Positions 48,476 through 62,406 of a stretch of 64,000 bases of DNA are shown here, in pieces. Every line of letters starts with the position of its first letter. Position 1 is the stretch's first letter. The notes below the pieces were generated by a model. The model was not told the origin of the DNA. It searched no databases and saw only the letters and a program-made list of their open reading frames with translations. The position numbers and the translations under genes are program-made. The DNA lies in assembly GCA_016748015.1 (NCBI GenBank), contig JAAOMT010000675.1:868001-932000 (forward strand), given 5' to 3'. Source of the stretch: Geosiphon pyriformis uo1 (lineage: Eukaryota; Fungi; Glomeromycota).

Positions 48476-49842
48476 TTACATTTCTATGACGATAAGTGGT
48501 TCCAAATCTTGTGGTATATTTTCTGGTCTAATTAATGAAATTTGTGTTCCTAGCTAAGATATTGATGATGATAATTCCTGTTTTGCATGATAAATTTTTA
48601 ACCAATTTTTATGCACTACTTTCTTTAAAATTCTGTCTTTCAATCATAATTTGTAAGCTCCATTTCCTAAAACTTCGTGTATGTGAAATAGACCATCCCA
48701 CTTTGGGTCGAATTTTCCATTCCACTGTTTTTCAGCTTTTGTACAATATAACAGTATTTGGTCTTCAATCTTAAATTCCATTGGTTGTTCTAATAGGTGA
48801 TTATCATGTCTTTCTTTTTGTTATTCTTGAGCATGACTAATATTGTCAGCTGCTGTTCTTTGATTGTCTTCTAACATTTCTATTAGCTAGTATATTCTTT
48901 GGTATAAAGTAGCTTTAAAATTCTCTTCATTGATTGTTTCTGTTGGGTATAACAATATTACTTGTTCAATTAGTAATGTAGTTTTTCTTCTATAGACTAG
49001 TTCAAATGGTGTGAACTGAGTCATATTTTGTTTCAATATTCAGTATGCAAAAAGTACAGAAGGTATGAATAAGTCCCATTCTTGTTTGTTTTTATGACTT
49101 ATTTTTACTAGTGCTTTGCATAGTGTTTAGTTAAATTGTTCTACCAGTTCATTTGTTTGTAGGTGATATGATGACAATAAGAATTGCTTTATTTCAAACT
49201 ATTGGCTTAGTTCAGTTAGCGTATTATTAATGAAATGTGTTCCCTGATCAGATAATAATTCTTTCAGGCATTTATGTCAGCAAATTAGGTCTTAATGCAC
49301 AAATTTGGCTACTGTTTTGGTGTCAACCACTTGGATTGCTCTGGCTTCTGGCCATTTTGTAAGATAGTCTATGGTTATAGTGATATAGTGATTCCTTGGA
49401 ATGTAATTGAGAGAGGTCCAACCAAATTAATCTCAATTTTATCAAATGGATTTTCAACTAGAATAGATCAAAATGGTTCTGTTGATCTTGCTCCTCCTTT
49501 TTACTAACATGAATCACACTTGAGCATGTATTTGAAAATGTCTTTGTACATCATTGGCCAATAGTATAAATTTAGTGTTCTTTTGAAGATAACATCTTTG
49601 TTAAAGTGTCCTGTGGTTAGATCAGAATGCATACTATGCAATATAGTTTTTTTTTCATTGTTTTTAATAACTTGTTGTGGAGTGGGATGGTTTTGGCATT
49701 CTTGTTGATATAGTTGGTTGTCTTAAATAAAGTAATTTCAGGTTTGTTTTCATATAGTACTTTGTTCCTGTTGAGATAATATCTCTTTGAAACATAGTGT
49801 TAATAGGTACTAATGTAGTCAGTAGTAATTGGTTGTATTCAT
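48476..49842 (-). pseudogene. int: E7 integrase (separate ORF with intact ATG)
   Basis: MNTTNYY*LH*YL start; HSDLTTGH..CDSC; IDYLTKWPEA; SDQGTHF; KWDG; ends LEPLIVIEM. Confidence 0.92.
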
Positions 49843-49852
49843 GGGTCTGGGA

Positions 49853-52800
49853 TTAGGTTTGTGGCATCCTCGACAAACTGTTAGCATTGGTGTTCTTGGA
49901 TCCTTTTTTGTAATAGACTTTAAGTGAGAATTGTTGCAGATAAGTATTCCATCTTGCATATTTTTTTTCTAGTTGTGGGTTATTAAGTAACCAAATGAGT
50001 CTCTTATGATCTGTATATAAGTCAAATAGTTGACTGAGGTAGTGTTTCCATGTTTGTACTGCCCAATAGATGGTAAGACATTCTAGATCTGTTGCACTGT
50101 AAATTTTCTTAGCTGAACTTGTACTACAACTAGTATACATGATTGGATGTTCCCTGTTGTCTGGTTCTATTTGTGACAAGACAGCTCCTAATGCTTCTTT
50201 GAGGCATATGTAGTGACAATGAAACATTTAGTAAAATCAGAGTAGATTAATATTGGGGATGTGATCAGTCACTGCTTGAGATAGTTGAAGGCTTTTTGTT
50301 AATCTTCCTTCCACAGATATAGCATGTATTTGGACAACAAGTGGTAAAGGAGTTTTGTGATAGTTGAAAATCCTTTCACGAATTGGCAATAGTATCCTGC
50401 CAATCCTAAAAATCTTCATAACTCTCAGAAGTTGATTGGGGCTGGAAAATTTTTAACTTTTTGGACTTTGTCCGAATCAGATTTGACTTCATTTTTGCCA
50501 ATTACATGTCCTAAAAATTTCAACTTGGGTTTCCTAAAGAAACATTTCTCGGAATTGAGTTTTAATTCAACATTTCGGAAGTGTTTAAAGACTTGTTGAT
50601 GGTAAAGCAGATGATTGTTGAATGTTTCAGAAAATACGTTTGTGTTGTTTAAGTAAACTATAACTGATTTCCAAAGAATTCCTTTGTACATAACATCCAT
50701 AAGGTGTTGGAATGTGGCAGGAGCATTGCAGAGTCTGAAAGGCATTACATTAAACTTGAAGTTTCTGTCTCGAGTGGTAAATGCCATTTTTTCTTTATCT
50801 TTGGGATTCATTTTGACCTGCCAATATCTGCTGGCTAAGTCTAATGACGAGAACCATTTCTTTTTTTCTAGATTGTCCAGAATTTTATGAATAAGAGAAG
50901 TGGAGTAACTATCTTCTTAAGTAACACTATTTAATTTTCGATAATCCGTGCAAAATTGTACCTTTCCATTTTTCTTGGTAACCAGGACTACTGAGAAGGA
51001 CTAAGAGCTTAACAATTCCTTAATTAAGCTGTTGTTAAGCATTTATTGGACTTCTTGTTTGATAAAATTGTCACCAGATGAGAGTACTTAATAAGCCCGT
51101 TGTTTAATCAGTTGAGCACCTCCCATATCAATCTAATGCTTTATAATGTTGGTGCATCTGAACTTATTTTCACTAGCAAAAACATCAGCATATTGGTTTA
51201 ATAGAACTTTAAGTTGTATTTGTTGTAGAATGCTCAGATTTCCAAATTGAGTTTATTGATTTCTTCTGGTATGAACAAGTAACTTTCCTTTGGCAGATTT
51301 TATACTTGTGAAGTAATGTCACAGAATAAGAACAATTGTGCAAAATCTGGAATAGGCTGAGATTTATCTGAATTCTGAATATCTAGAGATATGGAACCAA
51401 CAAGAGTTCACTTTGAGATTTCTATAATGTCTTTGGTCGGATTGTGAATTGGGATTTTGAAATACTTATGGGCCTTTGCTAGTAGGTATAAGTTAGCAGC
51501 ATTGGTTAGGGAACAGATTTCAGGATCTGTTTTGAATAACAGAGCTTGATTTTGGATTGTTCTGTTCACTTTAAGAATGTATTGTTAGTATGAAGAGATG
51601 GAAATAATGGTGTTGATATAGATAAGTTCTACTTTGTCACTGTTCTCCTCCATGAAATTAACTGGTATGTTTCCTCTTTCACTTAATCCAAATTCATTGA
51701 TTCCTCTGGTGGTGAGACCTAATTCTTCACAGATCATTATTGGGGTTAACTGTGGTATTTTCATTAAGGGCAGAAAAATAGCTTGGGCTATTTTGTTATG
51801 TAATTCTATTTTGTAGAGTTTATCTGAATTATTCTGCAATATCACAATAATGTTTCCCATATAACCAACATCAATAATTTCTCCCTTTATGTTGATTCTT
51901 TTCTTGGCTAAACTAGATTGAAAGGCAACTTGTACCATTGTACTAACAGAAATTTCTAATACTATTTTAAGATCTATTGTTACAAGAGAATATGGGGCTA
52001 TAATTATAAGTGATTTTCCAAAGTATTATAAGTCAAAACCAGCATCAGTGTTATGCACTCTTTCAGAACAAATTTCTTTCTCATTGTTATTGTACTATTT
52101 TAATTCTAATTTTTTGGATAGGTTGGGATACATGAGATACTGTTTTGTTTTGGTATTCTTAGTTGGATTTTAAAACAACATGTCCTTAGTAATTAATTTC
52201 TCTTCTATCTTGGGTTCCAGTAGTTTGGTAATCGGATATAGTTTTTTTGGAGGTGGGTTGAACATAATATTGCATTCATTGCAGTACTAAAAGTGACAAG
52301 AGATCAAATAATAATTGCACAGTTTTATGTTTAAGTCAGCTAGTCTTTGTTTCTGCTCTTCCTTAGTTAGTGCCAGGTTCTGGTAGTGCTCAAAAAAGTA
52401 TTTTAAATCATCTTCAATGTTGCCAAAGACGTCAAAAGTCATAATATATTTAGGTTCTGGAAGAGATAAGGGGTTGTTTTTAATTTCCTGTAATTTCTTG
52501 GTTGTAGCATTCTCTGTTTTCACATTCACCATTCTCCAAATCTCATGTTTGTCATGGGAATACCCATTCAATTGTTGTAATGTTTATTTCCAGACATTGT
52601 TAATTGGAGTTCTTTTTTGTACCCAATTATTGATCAAGATAGTGTATTGACATGCTTTGTTGCATGTTTCTTCTTTGCCAAGAACATCATTTCATAGTCT
52701 TTTATCTGGCAGAATTTTGCCATAAGCAAAGCATGATGTATTGTCTTATTTGCCTTGTTGTTTTGGTCTGCCAAATTTTTCCACCACACAAGATCTACAG

Positions 52801-52930
52801 TAATATTTGGTAGTAGTTGGCCATTCCTTATCATCTCTAATACATGCACCCATAGAAAATAATCTTTTTCCACAGTTGACACAAATTAATTTTGGGGTTC
52901 GATATTATTGACTTTTTTGACTTGAGGTGA
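49853..52930 (-). pseudogene. pol: E7 Cys-rich-dUTPase-RT-RNaseH, decayed
   Basis: DAGFDL, SSLAKK, IIDVGYMGNI and KIAQAI (about 51680-52070); MPFRLCNAPATF; RNase H ends NANSLSRMPQT then stop. Confidence 0.92.
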
Positions 52931-53814
52931 TGTTACAGGTGATTATTTGGGGTCTCAAAGCAAATAACAAACCCATAACTTGGTGCTCAATTGATTGATA
53001 ATGCTGGTAATACTGGTATATTGGTTATATCTGAAGGTTTTAGAATTGAGTCCTTTGTATAATACACAAAGATTCTTTGTTGATGTTATTTGCAGTTAGT
53101 TTGTGTAAGTTGTTTCCCAATTTTTTTCTCAGCTTGGTGGCCAGATTTATTCTGGCAGTCGTGCCCTTCTGGTAAGCTATCTGATAATATATATAATGCT
53201 ACCCTTATCTCTGAGTCTTTTACTAGGCTATCTGTGACATTAATAACTCAGCACTTTTAATCAATTAGTATACAACAAAATCAAATAAAAAAAATAAAAG
53301 AAAATAAAGAAATGTAAGAAATAAGCCAAGGTAATTTACAAGTTAGTATCTTGTCAATAGCTGTAATCAAGAGCTATTGTTTCAGTGTGGTTAAGTATTA
53401 ATTACTATTAACATAAAGTATTAATAGTGAAGAGTGAATTGAGATAGTGAATAATTATTTATTGATATTTGTGATGTAGAAGGTTTCTAACTGATGGATT
53501 CTGCTTTTTTTACTTTTAATGCTACCACTATATATATATAATTGATGTTTTATGAGATTGCTCACATTCCCGAATGATGTGCTATGATTTTTTGAGCAAT
53601 GCTCACATTGCTGAACAATATGTCATATTTTCTTGACATCGCTTCACATTGCTGAGCAATGTGCCTTGATTTCTGACATTGCTCTACATTGCTGAGCAAT
53701 GTGCTATAATTTCTGATATTGCTTCATATTGCTGAGCAATATGCTCATGTGTTAACTACTACTTTGCCTATTGGTCTACTATTTTTTATAACTGTTTTTT
53801 TTTTATGAGTAACA
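52931..53814 (-). repeat. E8 3' LTR
   Basis: Aligns with 62407-63290; ~40-bp units carrying the palindrome CACATTGCTGAGCAATGTG at about 53560-53750. Confidence 0.96.
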
Positions 53815-54464
53815 TTATCTCCTCCTTTTTAATATTGAGCTTTGTTGAAATCTTCGTTTTGAATTAATTCTAATACTTTTTTTTCGAGTATTGTTTGTTT
53901 GACTCTGTTTCTCACGTTTTTTACTTGTGTATTGTTTATTCTTCCCTATTGGTTAATGGTTATGGTTTCCATGTCAGAGTGTAATAGTATTTCCGAATAG
54001 TTCCGAAATATGTTGTATAGTCAGTACATTGTTCTAACATGCAGTGTTGAATTTGATTTCTTTCCAATAAATTTTTTAATTTGTTGTATTATATCTTAGT
54101 TGAATATTTTCTTGGATTTGTCAATATACAACTCTTGAATATTCAACTTTTAACTTAGCTGGTAGTAGCAATATGACATTAGAAGTTGTTCTGTCTATTG
54201 CTTCCAATTTTCTTTTGTAAGCTCTTCTATTGGTGCCATAATGGGTATTTTCCCAAAAGTGTTTTTCACTTTTTTCATTAAGTTATCTGTCCAGTTTTTA
54301 TCATTCTTTGTTAGTTGCTGATATGGTATATTCTTTGTTTTTCTTTGGGTGTTTTAATAGCAAATTATTTGGTTGTTAATAACAATTTCTATATCTAACT
54401 GTTGTTTACTTAAGGCTTAAAACAATTGTTGAGCTATAGTGTAGATATGATCTGGTATTTCTAT
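53800..54464 (-). pseudogene. E8 ORF3, unknown accessory protein
   Basis: (M)EIPDHIYTIAQQLF..YCYYQL..RTMY*LYNIF..ETITINQ; homologous to E5 ORF3. Confidence 0.7.
53815..53830 (-). promoter_or_regulatory. E8 polypurine tract
   Basis: AAAAAGGAGGAGA on the minus strand, adjacent to the LTR. Confidence 0.85.
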
Positions 54465-54519
54465 TTTTCTTGGTTGTTTCCATCACATGTATTGTGTCTT
54501 TATATACTCTTTTGGTTGT

Positions 54520-55902
54520 TCAATTTGACATGTTTGGTTCAATAACTATAATTGGTTCCAGATCTCGTGGAATCTTATCTGGTTGAACTAGTATTCTTTG
54601 TACTCCCAGTTGTGGAATGTTATTGGTAGATGATAATATTATCTGGTGATATGGTTTCAGTTGATCACCATGTGCTGCTTTGGCTAAAATTTTGTTGTCC
54701 TATCTTAGTTTATAAGCTCCATTTCCAAGAATTTCTTCTATGTGAAATGGTTCATCTCATTTGGGGTCAAATTTTCCACTCCATTGTTTTTCCACTTTGG
54801 TGTGATGTAAAAGTACTTTGTCTCCAATCTTGAATTCAACTGGTTTATCTGTTAATTGGTTATCATGTCATTCTTTTTGCTTTTCTTGTGACTTCTGGAT
54901 ATTGTCAGCTGCCCTTTATTGTTTGTTTTCTAAAGTTTCTATCAAGTCATATGTTCTTCTTAGCAACTTTTTCTGAAAATTATCTTCAGTTATTGGTTCA
55001 GTTGGATAAGTGGTGACTTTTATCTCAACTGGTAATGTTGCTGTTCTACCATATACTAATTCAAATGGTGTTACTTGTGTAGTGTCCTGCTTCATTGTCC
55101 AATAAGCAAATAGTACTGATGATATAAACAAATCCCATTCATTCTGGTTTTCTTGACTGATCTTGGCAACTGCTTCATACAATGTTCTATTGAATCTTTC
55201 AACTAGTCCATTGGTTTGTGGGTGGTATGGTGATGACAGTGGTTTTTTAACTCTAAATCTTTAACTTAATTCTGTCAATGTTCTGTTCACAAAATGAGTT
55301 CCTTGATCTGATAGTAGTTCTTTTGGACATCTATGTTGATAGATCAAATCTTAATGGATGAATTTGGCAATGGATTCTGCATCTGTTCTTTGAATGGCTT
55401 TTGTTTCTGGCCATTTAGTGAGATAATTCATAGCTACTGCAATATATCTGTTGCCTCTGCTGATAATTGTTAATGGTCCGACTAAGTCAATTCCAATGCG
55501 ATTGAATAGTTGTCCCACTTTGATTGGTCTTAATGGTTCATTGGGTCTTGTTCCTCCTCTTCTCTGACAAGCATCACAATTTTGAACATATTAGATGATA
55601 TCTGAATACATTGATGGCCAATAATATCTTTTTCTAGTTCTTTCTATGGTTGCTTCTTTATGAAAATGTCCTGCTGTTGGGTCTGAGTGCATGTTAAATA
55701 ATATTGTTTCTTTCTCTGGTTCTGTGATTACTCTAATTGGTTGATCTGAATTTCTTCTGTTTTTTTGGTAAAGTATATTTTGATGGTAGATAAAATATTT
55801 TGATTGTTGTTTTATGTTCTTTTGTTCTTTTTGAAATAATTTCTCCTTGAACAATTGGGTATTTATATAATGTTAAAGTTGTTGGTATTTTTGTATATTT
55901 AT
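54520..55902 (-). pseudogene. int: E8 integrase (separate ORF)
   Basis: HSDPTAGH..CDACQRR; GIDLVGPL; SDQGTHF; YHPQTNGLVERFNRTL; LGNGAYKL. Confidence 0.94.
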
Positions 55903-55930
55903 TTTTTTTTTTATATTTTTGGGTTGAAAT

Positions 55931-56142
<212 letters not shown>

Positions 56143-56144
<2 letters not shown>

Positions 56145-59100
56145 AGATTTGTCTCATTTGTGACAATTCGTCAGCATTTCCATTGTCTTTTCCCTTTTTA
56201 TAATGTACTGTATAATTAAATGGTGAAAGTTCTATTTTTTATCTGACATGATGATCATTTGCAAATTTTTGTTTTTGAATTGAAGTCAATCTCTTGTGAT
56301 CAGTATAAACATCAAACTTTTGGCTCAAGTATTCTCTCTATTTTATAACTGCCCAATAAATAGCTAAGTGTTCTAATGCTGGAGTTCCATAGTTCTTCTC
56401 AGCTGGACTTAAGCTTCTACTGGTATAAGCTACTGGATGTTCTCTTCTATCTGGTCCTTTTTGTGACACCACTGCTCCCAATGCTTGGCCAGATCCATTG
56501 GTGGTAATGATGAATAGTTTGCTGTAATCTGGATACATCAATACTGAAGCTTGGATAAGCTTTCTTCTTAATATATCAAAAGCTTTTTGTTGGGTTTCTG
56601 TTTATTTGTACTTCACATTCTTTGTTTGGAGTTGGTATAGTGGTTGAGCTATTTTGGAAAAGTTCTTGATGAAACAGCAGTAGTATTTGGCAAATTCCAA
56701 GAATGCTCTCAATTCTGTGAGATTATTTGGTACTGGAAAGTTCTTGACAATTTCTATCTTGTCCGGATCTGTTTTGATTTCATTTTTACTCACTACATGT
56801 CCCAAAAACTTGAGTTCAGTTTTTCCAAAGAAACATTTAGTTGTATTTAGTTTCAATCCAGCTTTTCTTAATCTTTCAAACACTTGTTGAAGATGATATA
56901 GATAATCATTGAAGGTTTTTGAGAACACATTAGTGTTATCTAAGTATACGACTACTGATTTCCATAGTAGTCTAGTATAGACAATTTCTATGAGCCATTG
57001 AAATGTTGTTGGAGCATTTATCAAGCCAAATAACATGACTTCAAATTCAAAATTCTTTTCTCTTGTGGTAAATGCTGTTTTTTCTTTGTTGGCTGGATCC
57101 ATGGCTACTTGCTAGTAACCACTGTTTAGATCTAATGTTGAGAACCATTTATTTCCTCCAAAAGCATTGAATAGTTCTTGGATCTTTAGAGTTGGATAGC
57201 TATTATCTTTAGTCACTCCATTCAGTTTTCAATAATCCACACAAAAGCAGATTTTTCCATTTTTCTTCTGGACTAGTACTACTGGTGATGACCATGGACT
57301 CATTGATGGCTGAATTAGCCTGTTGTCAAGCATCTGGTTGATTTCTTGACAAATGATTTCATAGCTAGCTGGTGGTACTCTGTATGCTCTTTGCTTAATT
57401 GGCATTGCATCTCCAGTTTTAATCTGATGCTGAATGATGTTGGTGCAGCCAAATTCATTTTTGCTTGCAAAGATGTCATTGAAATTGTTGAGCAACATTT
57501 TGAGCTGCATCTGTTAAAATGGATCTAAGTTGCCCATGTTTATTTGTTCCAATTGTTCCAGTTGGAGCAAATAACATTCACTTCATCCATAGATGGTTTG
57601 TGATGTAATGTCCACATATCCACAAAGCTGTGGAAAATCTGGAATATGCTTTGGCAGTTGGTCCTCAACTTTGGTGGTTAAATATTCAATGACAGTTCTT
57701 TTTGGTATTTTAATAACATGTCCCATTGAGTTATAAATGGGAATTTTGATATTTTTGGGACTGTTGTTTGATATGTAGAGATTAGTGAGTCCAATTTTTC
57801 TTGATTTGCAAATAGTAGCTTCTGCTTCAAACAACTGAGCTTGATTCTTTACTTCTCTCTTTATGGCTAACATATACTGGTCATATGGTGGAATAAAGAT
57901 TGATTGACAGGTTAAGATAATTTCTCCTTTGTCAACAATTTCTTCCTCTGCCATATTGACTGGTATATCTATTCTATCCATTGATCCGAATTTTTGTATC
58001 TCTCAAGCTGTAATCCCTAATTCTTTCTTGTTTCCCACTGACACTAACTGAGCTATTTTCACCAGAGATAGGAATATTGTCTGTGCTATTTTTTCATTTG
58101 GATCTATGGTATATGCTTTTTCTAAATCATTTTATAGCATAGTAATAATATTCCCTACATATACTGCATCAATTATTCCTCCTTTAATGTTTATTTCTTT
58201 TTTCACTAAACTACTCTTGGATGCTAGTTGAATCATTGTTGTTGCTGGTATTTTCAATGCTACTTTGAGATCAATGCAGGTGTGCAAATGTGGTTCCAAT
58301 TTAATGGGATTTTTTCTTGGATATTTTAGATCAAATCCTGCATCAGTATCATGCGCGTGCTCAGGCATAATACCTTTATTATTATCACTGAACTATTTCA
58401 GTTCCTGCTTCTTGGTAAGATTAAGAAGTGTGATAAATGTTTCGGGGTATGAATCGAAGTTTGAATCATCATAATTTGTGTTGCTAATTGGAATGGAGCT
58501 GGAACCATTGTTTTTGTTGTTGTCATTGTCGAAGTTTGAATCAGGATTGAAAACTGATTCTAATTCTGATGTGCAGCTGCTTATTGGTTTGTTTTCTTCT
58601 GAGATTGTGTAGATCATACATGGTGATGGATTGTAAATGAGGTCACACTTATTACAATATTGAAAGTCACAAAGAATTAGGCAGTGTTAACATAGTCGAG
58701 TATTCAATTTTTCTAGGTGTTGCTCTTGCTTTTCTCTTGTAAGTGCTAACTCTTGGTAGTGTTCATGAAATTGTTCTGGATTTAGAAGATTTATAACTGG
58801 TTCTGGGTCCCAGTCAAGTTCTATGGGTTCTGGTGGGTTGTTTTTGATTTCTCTGATTTCTTCAGGCAATGTTCCTTCTATCTTGGCCATTGCCATTCCC
58901 CAGATCTTGTTGTCATTATGTGAACAACTGTCTAATTGCTGCACAGCTCTTCTCCAAGTGGCTTCTATTGGAGTTCTTTTCTTGACCCAGTCATTGATAA
59001 GGATTGTGTACTGATATGAAGTGTTGTACATTTCTTCTCAACCAAGAATATCATTCTATATTCCTTCATTGAGTAAGGTTTCACCACAAGCTAGACAAGG

Positions 59101-62100
59101 TTTGTTGTTCTATTTTCCTTGTCTTTTTGGTCATCCAAAGTATTTTATAATACATGCACGGCAGTAGAATTTGGTTGCCATTTGGTATTTCTTATTATTG
59201 CCACAGCATACACCCATTGATGACAATTTCTTGCTGCAATTAATGCATATTAATTTGGATTGGCGATAAGTAGACTGTTGTGGTAGAGCATAAGTGTCTG
59301 GAATATAAGTATTGTTGGCTTGGGTAGTGTCATTTTCTTTCCCTTTCCCTTTGTTTCTTCCTTTTTCTTCTTCCTACTCCCAATTTACTGTCAGTTTGTT
59401 GTCATCATTGTCAGTCCATGTCAGATCATCAGTTTCCCAGATGAGTTTTTCTCTTTGTTTTCCTTTTACTGGCTTGTCCCACGATAGTATTAGCAGCAGT
59501 TTGTTGTGGTTATTGTCAGTCCACAACACTTGGTATGCCTCCCAGGTAGGTTTCAGTTTTTTTTCTTTTAGTTTAATCAATAGTGTGGAGAGATAATTTG
59601 ATTTAAAGTGACCACAGATGGCTAGTACCCTTGTATATTGGTTATGCTGACTGAATTGAACCTCTTACATGTTCCAATCCATAATAGTGCTGGCTTTGGA
59701 CAGCCAGTTATTGCCAATGAGGGCCTGATACTGGTTGGCTTCCATTACCAGTACCTTAATTGGTATAATGATGCCATTGACTTCTATGAGTAGATTGTCA
59801 ATCTCTCCAATAGGTGTTTTGGTCACTCTATTGGCTGTGATAATTCTGGTGCTGACAGCGCGATCAACTCAGTGACCTAATTGATCCATGAGTTGTCTGA
59901 TAATAATGCTGCCAGCTAATTCACTATTTAAGATCAGTTTGATGGAGTGTTCATCAACTTTCACATCAGTGTACATAGCCATAATGGGTTTTTTTTCTAG
60001 AGTGGCTCTACTGAATAGCAGTACAGTTGTGGTTTCCTCGAGTTTAAAGAGAAAAATGGCGGCCAATGATTTGTCATTGATAACAGTTGTTGGTGAAATG
60101 TTGTTGATAAGTGTTATTTGTTGATAAGATTCTGGGTTGTTGGTGGTGGCATTTTCTGGAGTAACTAGAAGACTTAAATAGTGTTGGAAATTTGGGTTTT
60201 GGTTGAAACTGGTACCCGAATTCTGAGAGTGTGATCCAATGGATTGGTGGGAGAAGCTGGGGATCAGTTGGTAAATAACTATCGCCAATCTCCAGTTTTG
60301 GATAATTCTGGGTCTGGAATCTCCTAATGTCATTTGAGCTGGGTTTTGGGGCAGTGTTTGAATTGATTGTTGAGGCTGATAGATTACTTGTAGCTGCAGT
60401 TAATATATTACTAGTGACTGCAACTGGTAAATTGTCTGTGGTTAATAAATTGGGGTTTGATATGCTGATGGTTGATAGATTGGTTGCTGTATTATCAGCA
60501 GATAAGTGGTTTGATATTGTGCTGAGTTTGATTGATGATTCAGAATTGGGAACTGGCAATTGGGGCTTCAATATTGATTTTCCGATCATTGGTTATTTAT
60601 ATACTGGTGGCTGATTTGAATATGTTCTTGTTTATCACAATAGTGGCAGATATGCATTTCTTGTTGTCACTGTTGATTGGTCGATGAAGATAAATGTGGT
60701 TGGTTCTGTAAATGATTAGAGTTTTCTTGATTATGGTGTCATTGTGGTGATTGATAAATTGTTTGATTGTTGTTAGCTAAGTATCCCTTTATCTTCTGAT
60801 TAATTGTTTCACTGAATTTCTCCAATTTGGAATCCAATTCAGATGATCCGTTCATCACTAGATTAATGGCTTGGGTGTGGTTGGCTTCTAACTCAGCTGA
60901 TTTGAAATCTCTGGTGTGAGTAACTGCATCTTGAAAGGTGCCTGGATGCAACGGATGTACATGTTGCAAGATACTGCTGTGCAGACCATGGATAAACTGG
61001 TTGAGGATCTGTGGTGCTGTGAAATAGTTGGCATCAATTGCTTGAATTTGGCGCAGGTTTCTATGAAACCATCCTAAGTAAGTTGTGACTGCTTCAGTTT
61101 CTCTTTGCTTCATGGTGGTAAATATATTGACTAGGTGATTGATATTGTTACTGTTGCTAAAGTATCTTAAGAATTCTACTTTGAAGGCATTGAAGTCTTG
61201 TGGTTTATTAATCAAGCTCTGATACTATGAATTGGCAGTATCCTTAAGGAAGTAGGGAATGGCTTGCATTGCTCGGGCGTCATTCCATTCATTGGCTGCA
61301 ATGGCTTTTCCCATATCGTTTAATCATACTCGAGTGTCATCCTCTTCACCAGTAAAATTATCAAGTTTTGCGATTGGTACATAGGCCATTGGGTCTATAT
61401 TGGGTTGTTGTGATAGCTGTTAAAGCAGTTGTTGTATGAGTTTGGCTATTGGATTAATTGGTGGTTGATTAATGACAATTACTGGAGGTAAGTTTTGTTG
61501 ATTAATTAAGTCGGGGTTTCAGTTGTTCTGATTTGGTTGAACTTGAAAATTTGGAGTTTCGATTTCCAGATTTTTTTGGTTTGGATTTTTCAGAGTTTGA
61601 ATGTTTGGGGTTTCAAATTCCAGGTCTTCTGAGATCAGGTTTTGGTATGTAAATTTCTGATTCTCAGATTTTTTTTCCTCTTCTTCTTGTTTTCCTTCTG
61701 ATTCTGTGACTTCTCAAGAACTCACAGTTCCAAAATCTGGCTGAGATGGTGGTGATTAAAATCCTGATGGTGTTGGCAATCATGATTTAAATCCTTTAAA
61801 ATATGTGCCATATGATTCTAATAAGTCTTCTTTCTTTTGTTTAATTTGAAATAAGAATCGTCTAACTGTTGATGTCGCATTTGATGTGAATGTGCCTGTT
61901 AATGCGATATTGATGGCATTTCCAAGAGTATAATGATATGATGGATTGGTGGGTGATTTAACTCTGTGTTTCTTCCAAGTAGGTGGTTGTATTCTTTTGA
62001 GTATTACTGCTGGTGTTTGTAGTTTTCCTTTGCCTTTACTTGTGTAGGTAATTGGGTATCTCTGTTGGGTGTGATGTTCAATTTCTTTATTAATCTCAGT

Positions 62101-62345
62101 GATGATGGATGCGAAATTATAGTTTGTTGGTAAGCTGCTGTTTTGAATTAATTCATTGTAAAAAGTCTCTCTTATTGATTTAGTGTTTGTTGCTGTTCTT
62201 AATAAATAAGCAATTTTTTCGTTGACATAAAAGTTGAAGACTGATTCTGCTGATATATGAGTTAATTCCAAGTGTTGACAGTAGTGTTGAAATAAGGATT
62301 TGCGAATCCTAAATGGTTTGCTCCTATGTTTTCAGATTCTGCCAC
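56143..62345 (-). pseudogene. gag-pol: E8 Gag-PR-Cys-rich-dUTPase-RT-RNaseH polyprotein, decayed
   Basis: Capsid ATG at 61389; CHYC knuckle; LILNSELAGSII; [17 protein letters not shown] and VYLDNT; ends GNADELSQMRQI with TAA at 56143-56145. Confidence 0.95.
57980..58368 (-). pseudogene. dut: dUTPase domain of E8
   Basis: DAGFDL, ASKSSL, GGIIDAVYVGNI, KIAQTI, KFGS. Confidence 0.9.
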
Positions 62346-62386
62346 TTTTGGATGAGATTGTTGGTGCTGGTTTTCTGTAAGATTAT

Positions 62387-62404
62387 ACCTCACAGGAAGC
62401 ACCA
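62387..62404 (-). promoter_or_regulatory. E8 primer binding site TGGTGCTTCCTGTGAGGT
   Basis: 2 nt downstream of the 5' LTR on the minus strand. Confidence 0.9.
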
Positions 62405-62406
62405 AA

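Noticed and set aside
53560-53750. Palindromic repeat arrays as a CRISPR array
   Set aside because: The intervening sequences are themselves repeats, the arrays are duplicated in both LTRs, there are no cas genes, and the context is a eukaryotic retroelement.
60074-60589. Long Ser/Thr/Asn-rich ORFs (also 5170-5646) as an overlapping gene or gag frameshift product
   Set aside because: They are the alternative frame of the (IYQPQ)n linker. The true frame gains stops by CAA>TAA while this frame stays open passively, and family beta has no equivalent.
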